Origin: Moniliella sp. 'wahieum'
Taxonomy: Eukaryota
Reading direction: 5' to 3'
Length of the DNA: 64,000 bases
Assembly (NCBI GenBank): GCA_003971905.1
Contig: RSEE01000057.1
Coordinates: 186,001-250,000 of the forward strand
A program made the position numbers and the translations under genes. Below the pieces are notes generated by a model. That model ran no database searches. It was given only the letters and a program-made list of their open reading frames with translations, and was not told the DNA's origin. Positions within the stretch are counted from its first letter, which is position 1. Every line of letters begins with the position of its first letter. Of this stretch, positions 11,176 to 23,639 are shown piece after piece.

Positions 11176-13132
11176 CAAGTGCTAATGCCAGTAGCACCAA
11201 GTTGTGGGAGAAAGTGGGGGGATGCAGTCAGGGAAGGCAGCCGGGAGAACAGAGGCGGAACAGATGGCTAGCATTAGGTTAGGACCCCAGTGGTCGAGCA
11301 GATCTCGAGTCCGGCATTATGCATTAGCGCTGGAACATCATGTAAACGCTTCTACTGACTTCGAAGTAGCCAGTGACTGTAGTGACTACCAACTTGCGAT
11401 CCAGGCAGTGACGTACAGTGAGCGATCATTGCCCGGCAGAACTGGCATATATACTGTGCATACCCGCATGTTTGCGCACGAGTACTGAATAGGAGGCCTG
11501 GGGGAGCTGAAGCTTGGAAGGTGTGGATCTCTTCAGGGCGGTTGTGATGTGGTCAGTGTGGCAGCCCTCAGGTACCCAGGTACCTCTTCTGTGGAGCAGA
11601 ACTTAGTACTTACCCCCACACACAAAGCCCTGCCAAGCCCTTGAGAGTGGAACTGCAGGGCCTATTCGGCTTATTGAGTTGTTTATCGAATGTACAATTG
11701 CCAATCTCGGCCGGCAGATGGTTGGGGGAGAGACATTTCGGAGGGAAGAAGATACTATAGCATCAAGTCCAAGGGGATGTATATTATTGTGCTTGTCCCA
11801 ACGTCTTTACAGTGCATTCATTATCATTGTTGACGTTGTGTGGAGAGAGCACGTGTGTGTACTAACAGCCTAACGAAGGAGGAGATACGTGAATTCTAAA
11901 CCGGTAGCCCCAATCGTCTTCAGTCCTTGACCAGTGACTACTACTTGGTGGGTGGTTAGTGACTATATTAGTCACTACTAATCACAATGTACATAATTAT
12001 ATCGTTGTGGGGGCTTCGCCCCAACTCAGATTCGAGATGGGATATATGGCAAAGCAGTTGGTTACTTGGAAGTCTTCAGCAAAACCGATTATAATCCACC
12101 GTACTGGGTAGACCACCGCATTGGGGGCAACGCCGGTTGGTCAAAAATCGTGTATTACAGAGACCTATTAAGACGTTTTGTGAACAAATGATTTTTTGCC
12201 TGCGATAAAACCGAGCGATCCACCCCGTGAGACGATGTTTGGGATTTATAAGGAGCCGGCAGCCGGTGGACTTCAAGCTACAAAACAGTGGCCCTCAGCC
12301 TGAGCCTCAGGCTGAGGCCTCAGCCTCACCAGTTGATGGGCCGGTGGGAGATGCGATGGTCATACCCTCACATACACACACCCCTTCAAAACGCCGCCAC
12401 CAATGTTCAACATAGCATGCGGCTCAACGCTAGTCCCTGCATGACGTTGAAGCGCACGCAGCTCGACCCACATTCTAAAGCGTTCTTCAATGGGGACCCT
12501 GACCACGAGAAGAGATTTGCCTCTGCGGGGAGAGAGCCATGGACATGTATCATGCATTTCACACACCACGGTGGGGAGCGAGTCTCTGGGGTTGCCGTAG
12601 CACCGTATTTTCATCAATGATTAATGAGCGCTGAGCAGGCAATGCATGCCCTGTAATTGGGTCTATACATTCTGTGGCGACTTGTCACATGAATGTTACA
12701 CAGTATACGTCTCTAAGTTGTCTTAGGCGGACATATGAGATGAAGACCCCATTACTTTATGAGTCGGAGTCCGAGCAAGTAAAGCGGGGGTGGTAAGATA
12801 ATATCCGTCAGCTTCCCATCGATCACATACCAATGGCAACCAATAAAGCCACCAAGAGCCACCAATAGAGCAAAACCAATGGACATGGTAGAAGACCTAT
12901 TCTTTTGAATGCGGGTAAGTATATATGAGGAAAAAAGTGTATATAGTCATCAGGGCGAAGGAATCCGAGAATATATAGAGATAGAGGGATTTTTGTGTGG
13001 GATCCATTCTTCGGCGCACATTACCCACTTCCAGTGCCCGCCAGCGCTGCCAAGGGCTATTACATGGTCGATAAATCAGGACGGTGTGGAACGGGGGCGA
13101 GGGGGGAACAGTGGAAGGAGGAACGGTGTGGC

Positions 13133-14122
13133 CTAGAACATGCCGGGCCGTAGCCCCGGTGATCCTCTAGTAAAATCCATAAACCCATACCCGGATGCAT
13201 TTTGTCCATCCTCCCACGGATTACTATAGGTTGAACTTTGAGCGTCGACTCTTCTTCTACACTTTCCAGTCCTACTATAATGAGTGTTCAGTGTAAAGGT
13301 CGGGCGATGCTGTGAAATCAAGTACCGAGGGAAGCAAGCAAAAAAAATGCACTGGTAGGAAGGGAGAAACAGATCGGTGAAGAGCATTGAGATGGTATAC
13401 CTCATCATCTAAGAGGCCCTGAAGACACTCAGCCTGTTGCATTAGCATTTGCAGAGGAACTTGAACAAGGACCAAGAAACGTTGCGCCTATTATATATCT
13501 GCTTCTTATCCTCGGGTATACTAACTGCAGTTGTTCGTGCCAACCCAATTAAGACGATACCATTAAATGGAGTGGCCAGAGAAAAGGTCAGGCCCCCTGG
13601 CTCAGCGGCCATTCGCTTGTAAGCAGATATGGATAGCACGTGGATATACGAATGATTAATGAGCGTTGTATACGTGTTTGTTGAAAAGTGAACCATCTGC
13701 GATGATACAGCTCAGTAACCCTTTTCCAGTGTGGTCAAACTACTTCTTGTTGGCCGTTTTGGTGATATACAAGGATCCTTGCCTTGTCATAACCACCGCA
13801 AGAGGCAGAATGACCCTTAAGTGCGTTACTGGTACTTGGCGTTCTTGTAGCATTCCCTTTGCTCCAACCGTCGTATCAGCTCTTTCTCCTTCTGTTCCGC
13901 AGAAGCGTTGCAGTTTCCTTACTATTAACCTTTTGGGACGAACCAAGGTATGGACTCCCTGGTGTACCCGAACCTGATCAACCAGATATGCTCCTTTGAG
14001 TCCTATCATTCCTAGTCCATCCACCTCACCTTCCTTTGATGACGGATGGAGAAAGAGCTTGAGGGCCACTTCGTGGGTCCATCGCCCTCCACAGCCGATG
14101 CTCTTGCTTCCGTGTGCTCATT
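13133..14122 (-). CDS. Candidate orphan multi-exon gene, no recognisable domain
   Basis: A 91-nt pyrimidine-rich segment 13310-13400 (GTATAC...TTCACAG) joins ...LQGLLDDE in frame to HRPTFTLNTHYSRTG...PGMF*. Further acceptor CTGAG...CGCAG at ~13697-13716 and ORF 13740..14069 lie upstream. Exon structure and start not resolved. Confidence 0.3.
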
Positions 14123-15374
14123 GTGGCAACCTAATTGGGGCCTCCAGATCGTGAACAAGCGACACCAGCCTACCGAACATACGTAGTTCACTCAACCGTG
14201 TCGGAAGCCTCCAAATCTACCTGCAAAGCAGGGTCAGTCTGCAGGAATTGGCCTCCAACTGTTCGAACCCATGTATGGGCAGTGTTCCCTCTCATACTCT
14301 TTTGTGTGAGCGGGATGGGGGCGCGGCAGGCATCCCCGCAGTTTCCAGCGCTGCAAGAACAACGGACAGAGACAACGCTGAAGCCCACGGTTGGGGGTTC
14401 CGGTTGAGCATATGCAAAACACATGCACGCGGGCGGGTAGCGACAGCACAAGCCGCAGAATTGCCACGGCGCCCACCGGATCGAAAGATTCCCCGCATTA
14501 GTGACCTCCGATGACACCTTCCGTGCCCAGTTTCGTCTTCAACCCCCAGTGATGCTACGCCCAACGTGCGCGGTCCATCTCGTCGGCCCACCACACCAGC
14601 CACCACCGACTTACTTCGTCTCACCACATAAATTTTTCACGAAACACAGTGGACCATATGGGCCGGGGAACCATCGCCGGCTATTACCCAAGAGAGACCC
14701 AAGCCGTGACGTATGAGAACGTAAATCAGCGGAGGCTGGCACAGTTATATCATAGGCTCCGCACGCGATGAAACGGAAAGGTTGAGGCTTTACATGTTAC
14801 ACTTTACGCGTTCAGGGAGCCATACACGTCATTCGTTCACAACCATCGCTCAGGGTGAGCACGATGATCGTGTGAGTGTGTGACTATGACAATAAGAAAT
14901 GGGATATGACATAGTAGGACATATGACTGTGTATAAGTTGTAAAAGGATCACACATCTAACGATGGGAAACTCAGTACTTATTGATCTACACCAGCATCA
15001 CCTTCTAGAATACGTGACTCGTCTATAGACCACCGGAAGGTCACGAGTCATAAAGATATAGGTGGAGAATCTCTGGGGAGAAGAAATAATATGACAATGC
15101 ATTGACGAATATGGTGGGGGTCCTTGAGGCTTGAGCCCCATCGCGGCGGCCTCATCCTCATCAACCTCATCATGCATCAGCGCCAAGCACATCCTCTGAT
15201 ACAATGAATGTAGGTCCCGAGAAAATGTGTGTGATCTCCATTAAGATCCTTCCTCTCCCTCCATCGAAGATCTCATTTGTCGGAAGATATACGTCTGTTA
15301 GTGTATTCACCCTGAGGAAAAGGATTTAGATCTTTAGATGAGATCAGAAGAAGTCTCACCGGCATACATCTGCA

Positions 15375-17060
15375 CTCAGGGCCTCAGGGCCTGACATGTG
15401 ACATGTGACACCTGACAGGTGTATATGAGACTGAGATCCCTGAGATCTGCTACTATGCAGGTGAAAGGGCGTCCATCTCACAGTACACGTCAATGATCAA
15501 GCTTCAAGCTTCAAGCTTCAAGCTTCAAGGCCCAACTTAATATGTGGCCTGTTCGTCCATTCTATCTCACGGCATCACCTCAAGTTAGCAGTCTGGGAAA
15601 CGTCTCGAGTCTCGCGACCCCACAACAATATGATGTGAATAAATTGCTCCCGACGGAACAAAACCACCCCAAATGTACAGCCAGGAATATAGCGGTTCCT
15701 CCCCTTATTTTGGCGCGGCCCAAAAACAGTAGACCCCTTGCATAACGTTGCGGCTATCGTTGCCGGCTATACTACAACAGGTGTGAGGTCATTGTCAGAG
15801 ACTTCCAGATTGCGAGCAGCTGTGACATGTGACATATGACATGTGACTAGCGACTTTTCGTAGTTACAGCACACAGCTACTATACAGGTTCGGTATATTA
15901 ATAGAACGTACACACATCATGCATCATTATGTACATGTCGCGGAACAAAATGTCATATGTCGTCACATGCATCACGCCCGATTTTTGTTTTGTGCATTAT
16001 GTGACTGTATATCCCTGGGCCTTAGGATAAGTACTGTGTGCACATGTCACTGTCACATGTCACCCTCTTAAATCGAGAAGGAGAATGCTTTGGAGGTGCG
16101 CTTCAATCCACCATCCGGTTACGTCACGCACCATGGCCCCCACATTGTGCGTAGAGTCTCGATGTCATCTCCCGTTGGTTTATAGTAGCCTTCAGCTTGA
16201 GTATTGTAGCTCCTACGCATTAGAGGTGTACCATGTACACCGCCACATCATACCACACCTCACATGTATCCTACTCCCTCTATACGGGCTGTAGGAATAG
16301 ATCTCTCTTCTCATCAGGAGCCTTTTCAAGCTTTATACGGTTCTCGAATGAAGCTTAAGCTGAGAAGAGATAACCACTTTCACATAATGACCTCTCGATG
16401 GTGAGTTCAATCTCCGCTCCCGGCCGGTCGTCTCCCCTTTCTCGTTATCGCAACTCATCCTCTGATCCACAATATGATTCACGCCACTTGCTGCAAGGAG
16501 GATGCGATACAGAAGTATTGCGGAGCCATGGAACGGCAAAAAAGGACAACCAATGTCCTATTCCCTCACCTATTTCGCTCTCTCTCTTCTCTTCTTTCCT
16601 TCGCTGTCAGACAGTACAACATGCCAAATTTAAGCTTCAAGCTTGAGGTCAAGCCTCAGGGCCTCAGGCCTCAAGCTTCAAGCCTCAAGCCTCAAGCCTC
16701 AAGCTCAAGCCTTAAGTACGTCATGCCATATAGCCGCCACACCTTTCCTACTGTTATCGATTTTGTACTGCTGCCACCCACACAGCGATCACGATGATCT
16801 GTTACACGTCACATGTCATGGCGTTTCAGATCTCCACATTCGACAGCAAAATTGCTACTATCCTAGTCACTAATCACTATAATCACTACTCACTATGCAG
16901 AGCCGCTAGTCACCTAGTCGCCAAGAGTCCTGAGCCTCAGGCTCAGGCCTCACATGCACATGTCACGCATGACATGTGACATCTACCTCGCACCTGTCTG
17001 GGTTGCCATATATATGGCACCAAATCATGATCTGCGCAAATGTCACATGTCACCATGTCA
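15375..17060. repeat. Cluster of 7-bp periodic TNA + 4-bp-palindrome repeats (cluster B)
   Basis: (TCAAGCT)4 at 15497-15524; TGACATG TGACATA TGACATG TGACTAG at 15823-15850; TCAAGCT/TCAAGCC/TCAGGCC chain at 16630-16715; many TCACATG/TGACATG units. Confidence 0.85.
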
Positions 17061-18171
17061 CCTGCCATATTATACGACTCTCAGTCTATGTGGATTTACT
17101 AAGGATATTCACCTGGAAGGGTGTGCTACATACCTTCCATTCCCATCAAGTTTTACATGCAGCGTTATACGCATTACGCCTTACGCGTTACATGACGACA
17201 GACCGAACGCGTTTCACATCCAAAACCCAAGGAACACTGGCGTGCAATGCCGGGTGATGGTCTTCGTCGTCACCAGATGTCGATGAGGGAGCCTTGCTGA
17301 TGATGGTCATGTGGGGCAGAGCCTGACACAGCGGCCGAAATAGAGGTGGAATGTTAAGGGGAGGCAATAACGCCTGGATCATTGCGATGAGCAGAGGGGG
17401 TGTAGAAGATCAGAGAGCAAGCAGTTGATGGTCCGTATTGCATTGCACATGAGCAACAGAAAAATAAGGCTATAGAGGGAATATTCCTGCTTTCTGGCAG
17501 GGAAGGAATATTGGAAGGAATGACCCGTAAGGACCCGGGCTTGTTGGGCTACCGGCACCACTAACCAGTGTGGCACACAGAGGGCGAAGCGAGAGCTGGT
17601 CGAAGGCAATTCTTATGTCGAGAGTACCGAAAATGAAGGGAAGAAGGAAAGGGAAAAAGGAAAAGGAAAAGGAGGAGAAAGAATCCTCTCTCAGCGTGGT
17701 TTTTGGTTGACAAAGCGTTCCCAATAGATATATATACTCTCCCTCTCTGGTCTTCGATGGGCTGGCATGCTTGTGGCCTTTTACCGTGAATGAGGTGGGC
17801 CCCGGTGGGTGCGGCATCTCTTCCCCCGCGTTTGCTCCCAAGGGATCAATGCATCTTCTGTATAAAGGAATCGAGAGACCAACGATCGCTGTCGCTGTTG
17901 AACCAACTATTACAAAGAAAAAAAATGTAATGGGTCAAACCAAATTAGGGGGACGACGAGGTCATAAGGCAAACCAATAAGTGACACCAGGCAGGTACAA
18001 CCTGTTTCGCCAATCAAGTCCAAGTCCAAGAGCAAAGAGCAAAGAGCGAAGAGCAAAGAGCAAATGAAGCGAATGCCATGGGTGCACGATTCACGTGATC
18101 GTACGGAAGAGAAAGGGTACAGAGACAGAGCAAGGTAGGAGGAGGTACCTAGAATGCACCCCGCGAGGGGT

Positions 18172-21156
18172 TCAAGTACGAATGGAAGGTTTGTGTTGAC
18201 CCGTACTGGGGGTGCCGGTCCCCGAAGATGGTCCCAGCGGCGAAGGGGAGGGATCAGCATAGGCCAAGCTGGAAAAGAGTTGCGTGCCCTGAGACGGGGG
18301 GGCGTACATCGTAGCCGTCTTCCATGCTTGAGTGTTGGCTTGGCCAAAGAGCAACGCGCCGGTCGAAGTGGCCTTCTGCACAGGCGGTCGTGTTTGTGCC
18401 GGCGACAAGGAGTTGGTGCCCTGCATCGGGTAGGAGACCATGTTTCCCATAAGCGGTGCCAGCGTGGAGGGGGGCGAAGGTGAGCGGATTTGGTGTAGTG
18501 GGGCCGAGGCCACGACGGAATGGGTTGGTGTCCCTCCTTCCCGGTGTAGAAGCCCCGGATCCGTCCCGACTGTGGGAAGTTGTAAAGGCGCCGGAAGGAG
18601 GGGTAGTGGGAGTCGTTTCCGAGTGCAAAGGCGATGGCGGGAACGAGGGGTACGAAGATCCAGACGCGATGTTCCCTAGCGACATAGAGAACGTTGCTGG
18701 GTCCGTCCTCCACTGGGCGGAGGAAGGAACGTCCTCGCTCCGCCGCACGGGAGGCGAAGCGGTAGGGAAAACGTGCTCCCCAAACCGCGAAGCTGTGTTG
18801 GTCCCCATGCTCGACGAAGGTGTGTCGCTGCCGGGACTCATGGCCCGCCTCACTGGATTGAAGTCAATGGGCACAGCGGTGGTGGTAAGGGCGGGCGCCA
18901 CAACAGGCTCCTCCGTTGTCGTAACCTCTTCCCTGGATTCCGTGGAGGGCGCATCACCCCAAAGAGAAAGCGAAGCGAACGGATCAATCACGTGTTCTTT
19001 TACAGCCTCGGGGGGCGAAGGACGACTTTTCGCCTCCTGCAATTGAACGAGCGTGGGCGCCAAACGTGGGGAAGGAGCCGCTTCTTGAGCCTGATCAGTG
19101 GCAGTCAACGCCAGGGGGGCTCCAGGCATGCTGCTCTCAGTAGGGTGAGTATATGCCTCAGGGATGGCGGTAGAAGGACCCTCAATCGAATTCGGCATGA
19201 CATCCGACGGCTGAGTGTCCATCATCGAGGGCGCCAAATTGGTAGAGGATACGGCCTCAGATTCCTCTCTGGTGTCGAGGGGAGGACGTTGGAACAGATC
19301 CGTAGCCAAACCCGGGGTCTCTCCACCACCGCCTCCGGAGTTGGGGAGATCATTGTCTCGCCAGGCAACTCATCGTCGCGTGCTGGTTGGAGTTCCGCCT
19401 CTACCTCACCAGGCGCGACAACGGCTTTCCCAGAATTGGTCATAGTCGGGGCCGAGGGAACATTTGCGGCTTGGGTGGGAGCATCAAGGGATCCAACTTT
19501 GGGAGGGATGGAATCATCCTGTTCCACCACATGATTTGGTGTGGCAGCAATGGGAAGGGCTTGGGCAGGTGTGGCGAGTTGAATTGTTTCCTCAACAGTT
19601 TGTTCCTGAACCTGTGCTGGGCCGATTTTAACATAACCAGACGGCTCGGGCTGCGAGTCCTTGCTGTCGTATCGGGGGAGTGGCCGGCTTGATTGTCTCA
19701 ACATGGGTAGAAGGACCAGGTGGAAGTGAACAGGCTCTGGCGGGGGCAAGTCAACTGCCGTCGTATCAGTAGCACGAAGCCCTTGAGGGGGCACTGCGGC
19801 TTGAAGAGTTGTGCTGGCCTGAGGTGGAAGGCTGGCTTGAAGAGGGTCAGCAGCTTGGGAGCGCCCGGTGGGTTGCGAAATGGGCTCAGGCTCGGGTTCG
19901 TCTGAGGCGAGCGGAGGAGAGGGGGCTCCCGTGTTCGGAGACACGGGTGAGGGGAGGTTGACGTGGGTGAAGCCATCTTCTTCTGTGACGGGAGTGGCTG
20001 CAGAGCTCCCTGCGGCGCCCAAAACCAAAGGAATAGGGGAGGAATTCTCCTGTTCATCGGCAAAGGCAGGCGGGACGGGCACGGCCTCATCCCCGTCTTG
20101 GATGTGGCTCTGGTTCTGGGCAGGCGGATCGACTCGCTGATCTTGACTGTGCTCCTCGGCCCTCCTGCGTTTTCCTGTTCGTGCTCGACCAAGGACTGGC
20201 GAATGGCTTCCATGAGCATGGCTTGTTCCAGTTGACCGTTTTGCATGACCGAACCTTGTGCTTCAGTCCTTCCCCGACTTCGAGAAGAGGAGCCAGGCAG
20301 GACGATTGCACTACCCGACCCGGAACCGGGAGAGAGAGGCGCCGACGCGGGAGGAGCTGACGCCGACAGGTACCAGACGACCACCGACATTGCGCATGAT
20401 GATCCTCCTATTGGCCTTGCGAGCTTGGATGGCCTTGGCAGCATCGAGTAACGCTTCCCAACCGGGACGGATCTCGTCCACGGTAACTACATGCGGATTC
20501 GCCGTATCGACGCCACGTTGCAGGGTATCGGGTTCGGCACCAGATGCTTCGGGCGAGGCAGAGGGAGGCGCATCGATTGGGACGTTATCCAGCAGCGCGC
20601 GGGGTACATTGTATACAACGCCAAAGTCGATCGTCATGCAAAAGGGGCACGTCACGGCGGGCTCTCGGGGGGTTGGACAGAAGCGGGTCAGGACGGCGGG
20701 ACTGGACAAAGCATTCGGTGCAGATGGGTTGGGCACAGCATCGGGTGCGGTTGAGCGGAGACGGGTAGGCCAAAAGGCAGATGGGGCACTCGGTTGGGTT
20801 CACTCGGCCGCCAAAGCAGCCCTGTAGCTCGTCCTCGTCGTCGACACCGCGATAAAAGGGGGCGAGGCGGCGGGTGCAGATGAGCGTCTTGACAATGTCG
20901 TGGGCATAGTCCTGTGGCGTGCTGGCGTACACACCTGTCGGAACCAAGGCCCCGAGTCGAAGGTGGCGGGCCAGGCGGGCCGGGAGGGGCGGCGCTGGCG
21001 ACCGTGAGCGGCGGCGGACGCGGACGCGTGCTCGGCATCGTTGGTGGCCGGGGCACGGGCTGCGTGGGAGGCGCTGTTGTGAGTGCGCTGTGCGCCTGCG
21101 GGGGCAAGGGGGGGGGTGGCAGCATCGGTGGCCTCGCGGCCATTGGCCTGGCCCAT
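18172..21156 (-). CDS. SIP5: Sip5-like protein (RING-like Cys-rich domain, long low-complexity C-terminus)
   Basis: MGQ start (possible myristoylation); GVYA...[96 protein letters not shown]-like [14 protein letters not shown]. Multiple frameshifts; 3' end approximate. Confidence 0.85.
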
Positions 21157-21521
21157 GGCGGGGGGGGGGGGGAGACGGGGGTGGAGGTGGTGGTGGTGGG
21201 CGGCAGCTGTGGGCAAAAGTGGGCCGGGGGGGCGGGCGAAGCGGCGGGCGGCACTGGTGCTGTGCGGGCGCGGCGGCTGTGGGCTGCTCAGCTGAGGGCA
21301 GCGTATCAGTGCGCCCAGTGGGCACCACGACGCACTCACACAGCGAGCACCTCGTTTGGGCTTCAGGCCAGGCCGCACTAGTCACTCGCAGCTGTCGTTT
21401 CAACCTTTCAGCCGGCAGCCACCGCCCTATTCAAGTTTCAGCCAGCGCACGTGACCGCATGACCCCCCCTTGCCTTCTTCCCTCCTGCCCCCTCTTCGTC
21501 CCAGCTTCGCCCAGCCACCAC

Positions 21522-23260
21522 ATGCCGCCCCTGCCACCGCCGGCCGCCAGGATACGCATCCGCCCCGCGGTGCGCCTCTTCTCCTCCGCCCCCGCCCGCA
21601 CCCTCACCGAGGCTGCCCACCTGCAGGGCAGCCTCGCCCCCAGCTTCGTCCACGCCCTCACCCAAGCCGACCTCGGCCCCCTCACGCCTCTCCAGGCCGA
21701 GGTCCTGGCCCGCCTGCCCGCCCTCGCCACCCTGGCGGCTCCGACCGCCGTGGGTCCGAGACCGTCGACTTGCTCCTCCACACGCCCCCCTGCTCCGGAC
21801 GCACCCTCTCCTTCCTCCTTCCGGCCCTTCAGCGCCGCCTCAACACCGTCGGCCTCATCCGTTCTGGCCACATCTCCAACCAAGTGCGCGCTGCCACGTG
21901 CCTGCCCGACACTGCCTCTGCTGAGCATGTCGCTGATCAGTACCGCAAGTCTGCCATCGGAGCGTTGGTCGTCTGTCCTACGCCTGATCTGGCAATGCGA
22001 GTGCGGAAGCAAGCACGGGTCCTGGCCGGGTCCACCCTGGGTATCCACCTCCTCGCCCCGCCCGCGCCCTTACGAAAGCACAAAGCGTTGCTGCCCAAGT
22101 TCCCACTGGACCTCGTTTTAGGCACGCCCGGCATGCTCAACAGCTTTTTGCCACCCGTCCGGAGCTGGCTCGCGCCGCTGTGTACGCCGAGACTGTCGTA
22201 CTCAATGCCCTGGACACCATGTTCGAGTTTGGACAAAAGGACGAGCTGGAAGAACTTGTGGCCCGCCTACCCGGCGCCAACGAGCCTGAACATGGTATTT
22301 TCTCCCACTTTTCTCCAGTTTGATGGAGATGGCCCAAGGCGTACTTAGTTCCGACTATGATACCATCGTGCCCCCTGCACCGAGGGATGAGGGCAAACGC
22401 GAAGAACGGGCAATCATGTGTGCAACGCCTTCCGAAACGTTTCCCGTGCTTGGGAGTCTAATTGCACAGGACCTTGCCGTCGGCGAGCGGACCAAGATCC
22501 TTGTCTCTGTCCTACCGACACCCTCGCGGAGCTGATCAGCCACATGCTTCAGTCGATGGATCTGGGAACGTCGGTGTTCTACAAGCCTTCCGAAGGTTGG
22601 TTCCGTCCTCGAACCCGGGCGCTAAACCTGTTCCGCCAAGCCAAGAGTGGTATACTAGTAACAAAGAGATCAATGAACTCTCTCTCAACGGACTCGACGC
22701 GACCCGCGTCATTCACTTTGGCACTCCCGACTGCGTCGAAAAGTATACTACTTCCCTCCTACCTACAAGGGGATGGGAAGGTCGACACCGTGCTTGCCCC
22801 GTTTGAGTCGGTGAGCGTTGACTTCCTTCTCCCCCTCAGCTAGAGCTGGTCCCTTCGGAGTCTGTGGGGAACGGAACGCTGGTCTCAACCTCCGAAAGCA
22901 GGACGAGTGGGCCGAGGTCGTACCAACGGTGGTGGAATCGTTGGGCCAAGAGTTGGTGCAGACAATGTACAATGACCTCTACCAGCATCATACCTTGTTG
23001 CGTCACTCCTGCGTCTCAGCCCTACGGATACCGGGGACGCTGTCCATGCCTGGTTTACCTCCCTCATGCCCACTCTTCTTCGTCCCACCCCTACCTTCAA
23101 ACCCAAACGAGCCAACCAACCCGATCGCTATGGTCGCACGCCAGACCGAGACAGTGCTTCGAAGCTGCGCTTTTCTGACGAGCTCGTTGAGTCGCTGCCT
23201 GACTACGGTGGGTTGGATGGGTTCAGCTCCGGTTTTGGATCGGCGAGGCCTTCGTCGTGA
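21522..23260 (+). CDS. Mitochondrial DEAD-box helicase-like protein (Mss116-like) with degenerate catalytic motifs
   Basis: Arg-rich presequence MPPLPPPAARIRIRPAVRLFSSAPAR; ordered remnants of Q motif (LTPLQAEVL), I (PPCSGRT), Ia (PTPDLA), Ib (GTPGML), II (VVLNALD), III (IFSHF) and V region (GILVTKEI...LDATRVIHFGTP). Several frameshifts; end approximate. Confidence 0.65.
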
Positions 23261-23639
23261 ATCAATTGGTCCATGCACATGGCGTTACAGCCCTACGGCG
23301 CTAACGGGGAGGAGGGTGAATAAGAACAAATCGGCCGAGAGCAGAATAGTCCCCAATGGAGTTACAGCATGTGAAGAACTGACTATTCGAACTGAATATT
23401 GAGGTACCCATCGATGATCACCCATGGAATGAAGTAGGGTTGGGTTGTATTAGCTCTTTTAAGGTTAACCCTAGCATGCCCTGTGGTTTATTTGGGCGCT
23501 CGGGGTTTGAGTGGGGGCGTGGTTGCTCTGCACTTTTCTAGCTTCATCTACATCGGCTTCCATCGGCTCTATCATCCACCTCGACTCTGGCTTTACCCCC
23601 GCCGCCACCCCTCCCCTCCCCTCTCCTCTATCTCTCACA

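Noticed and set aside
11200..15370. Transposon or retroelement in the gene-poor island
   Set aside because: No transposase, reverse transcriptase, integrase, LTR pair or terminal inverted repeats recognised; a highly decayed element cannot be excluded.
9165..17060. Dense restriction-site-like hexamers (HindIII, SpeI, ScaI, AgeI, BglII, ClaI) as vector polylinker contamination
   Set aside because: Sites are tandemly repeated, degenerate, restricted to A....T hexamers and dispersed through many native intergenic regions, with no vector backbone.
18440..21381. Long plus-strand ORFs opposite SIP5, and similar antisense ORFs opposite PLD, ERO1, the kinase and CHO1
   Set aside because: Expected shadow ORFs in GC-rich coding DNA; no motifs and low-complexity translations.
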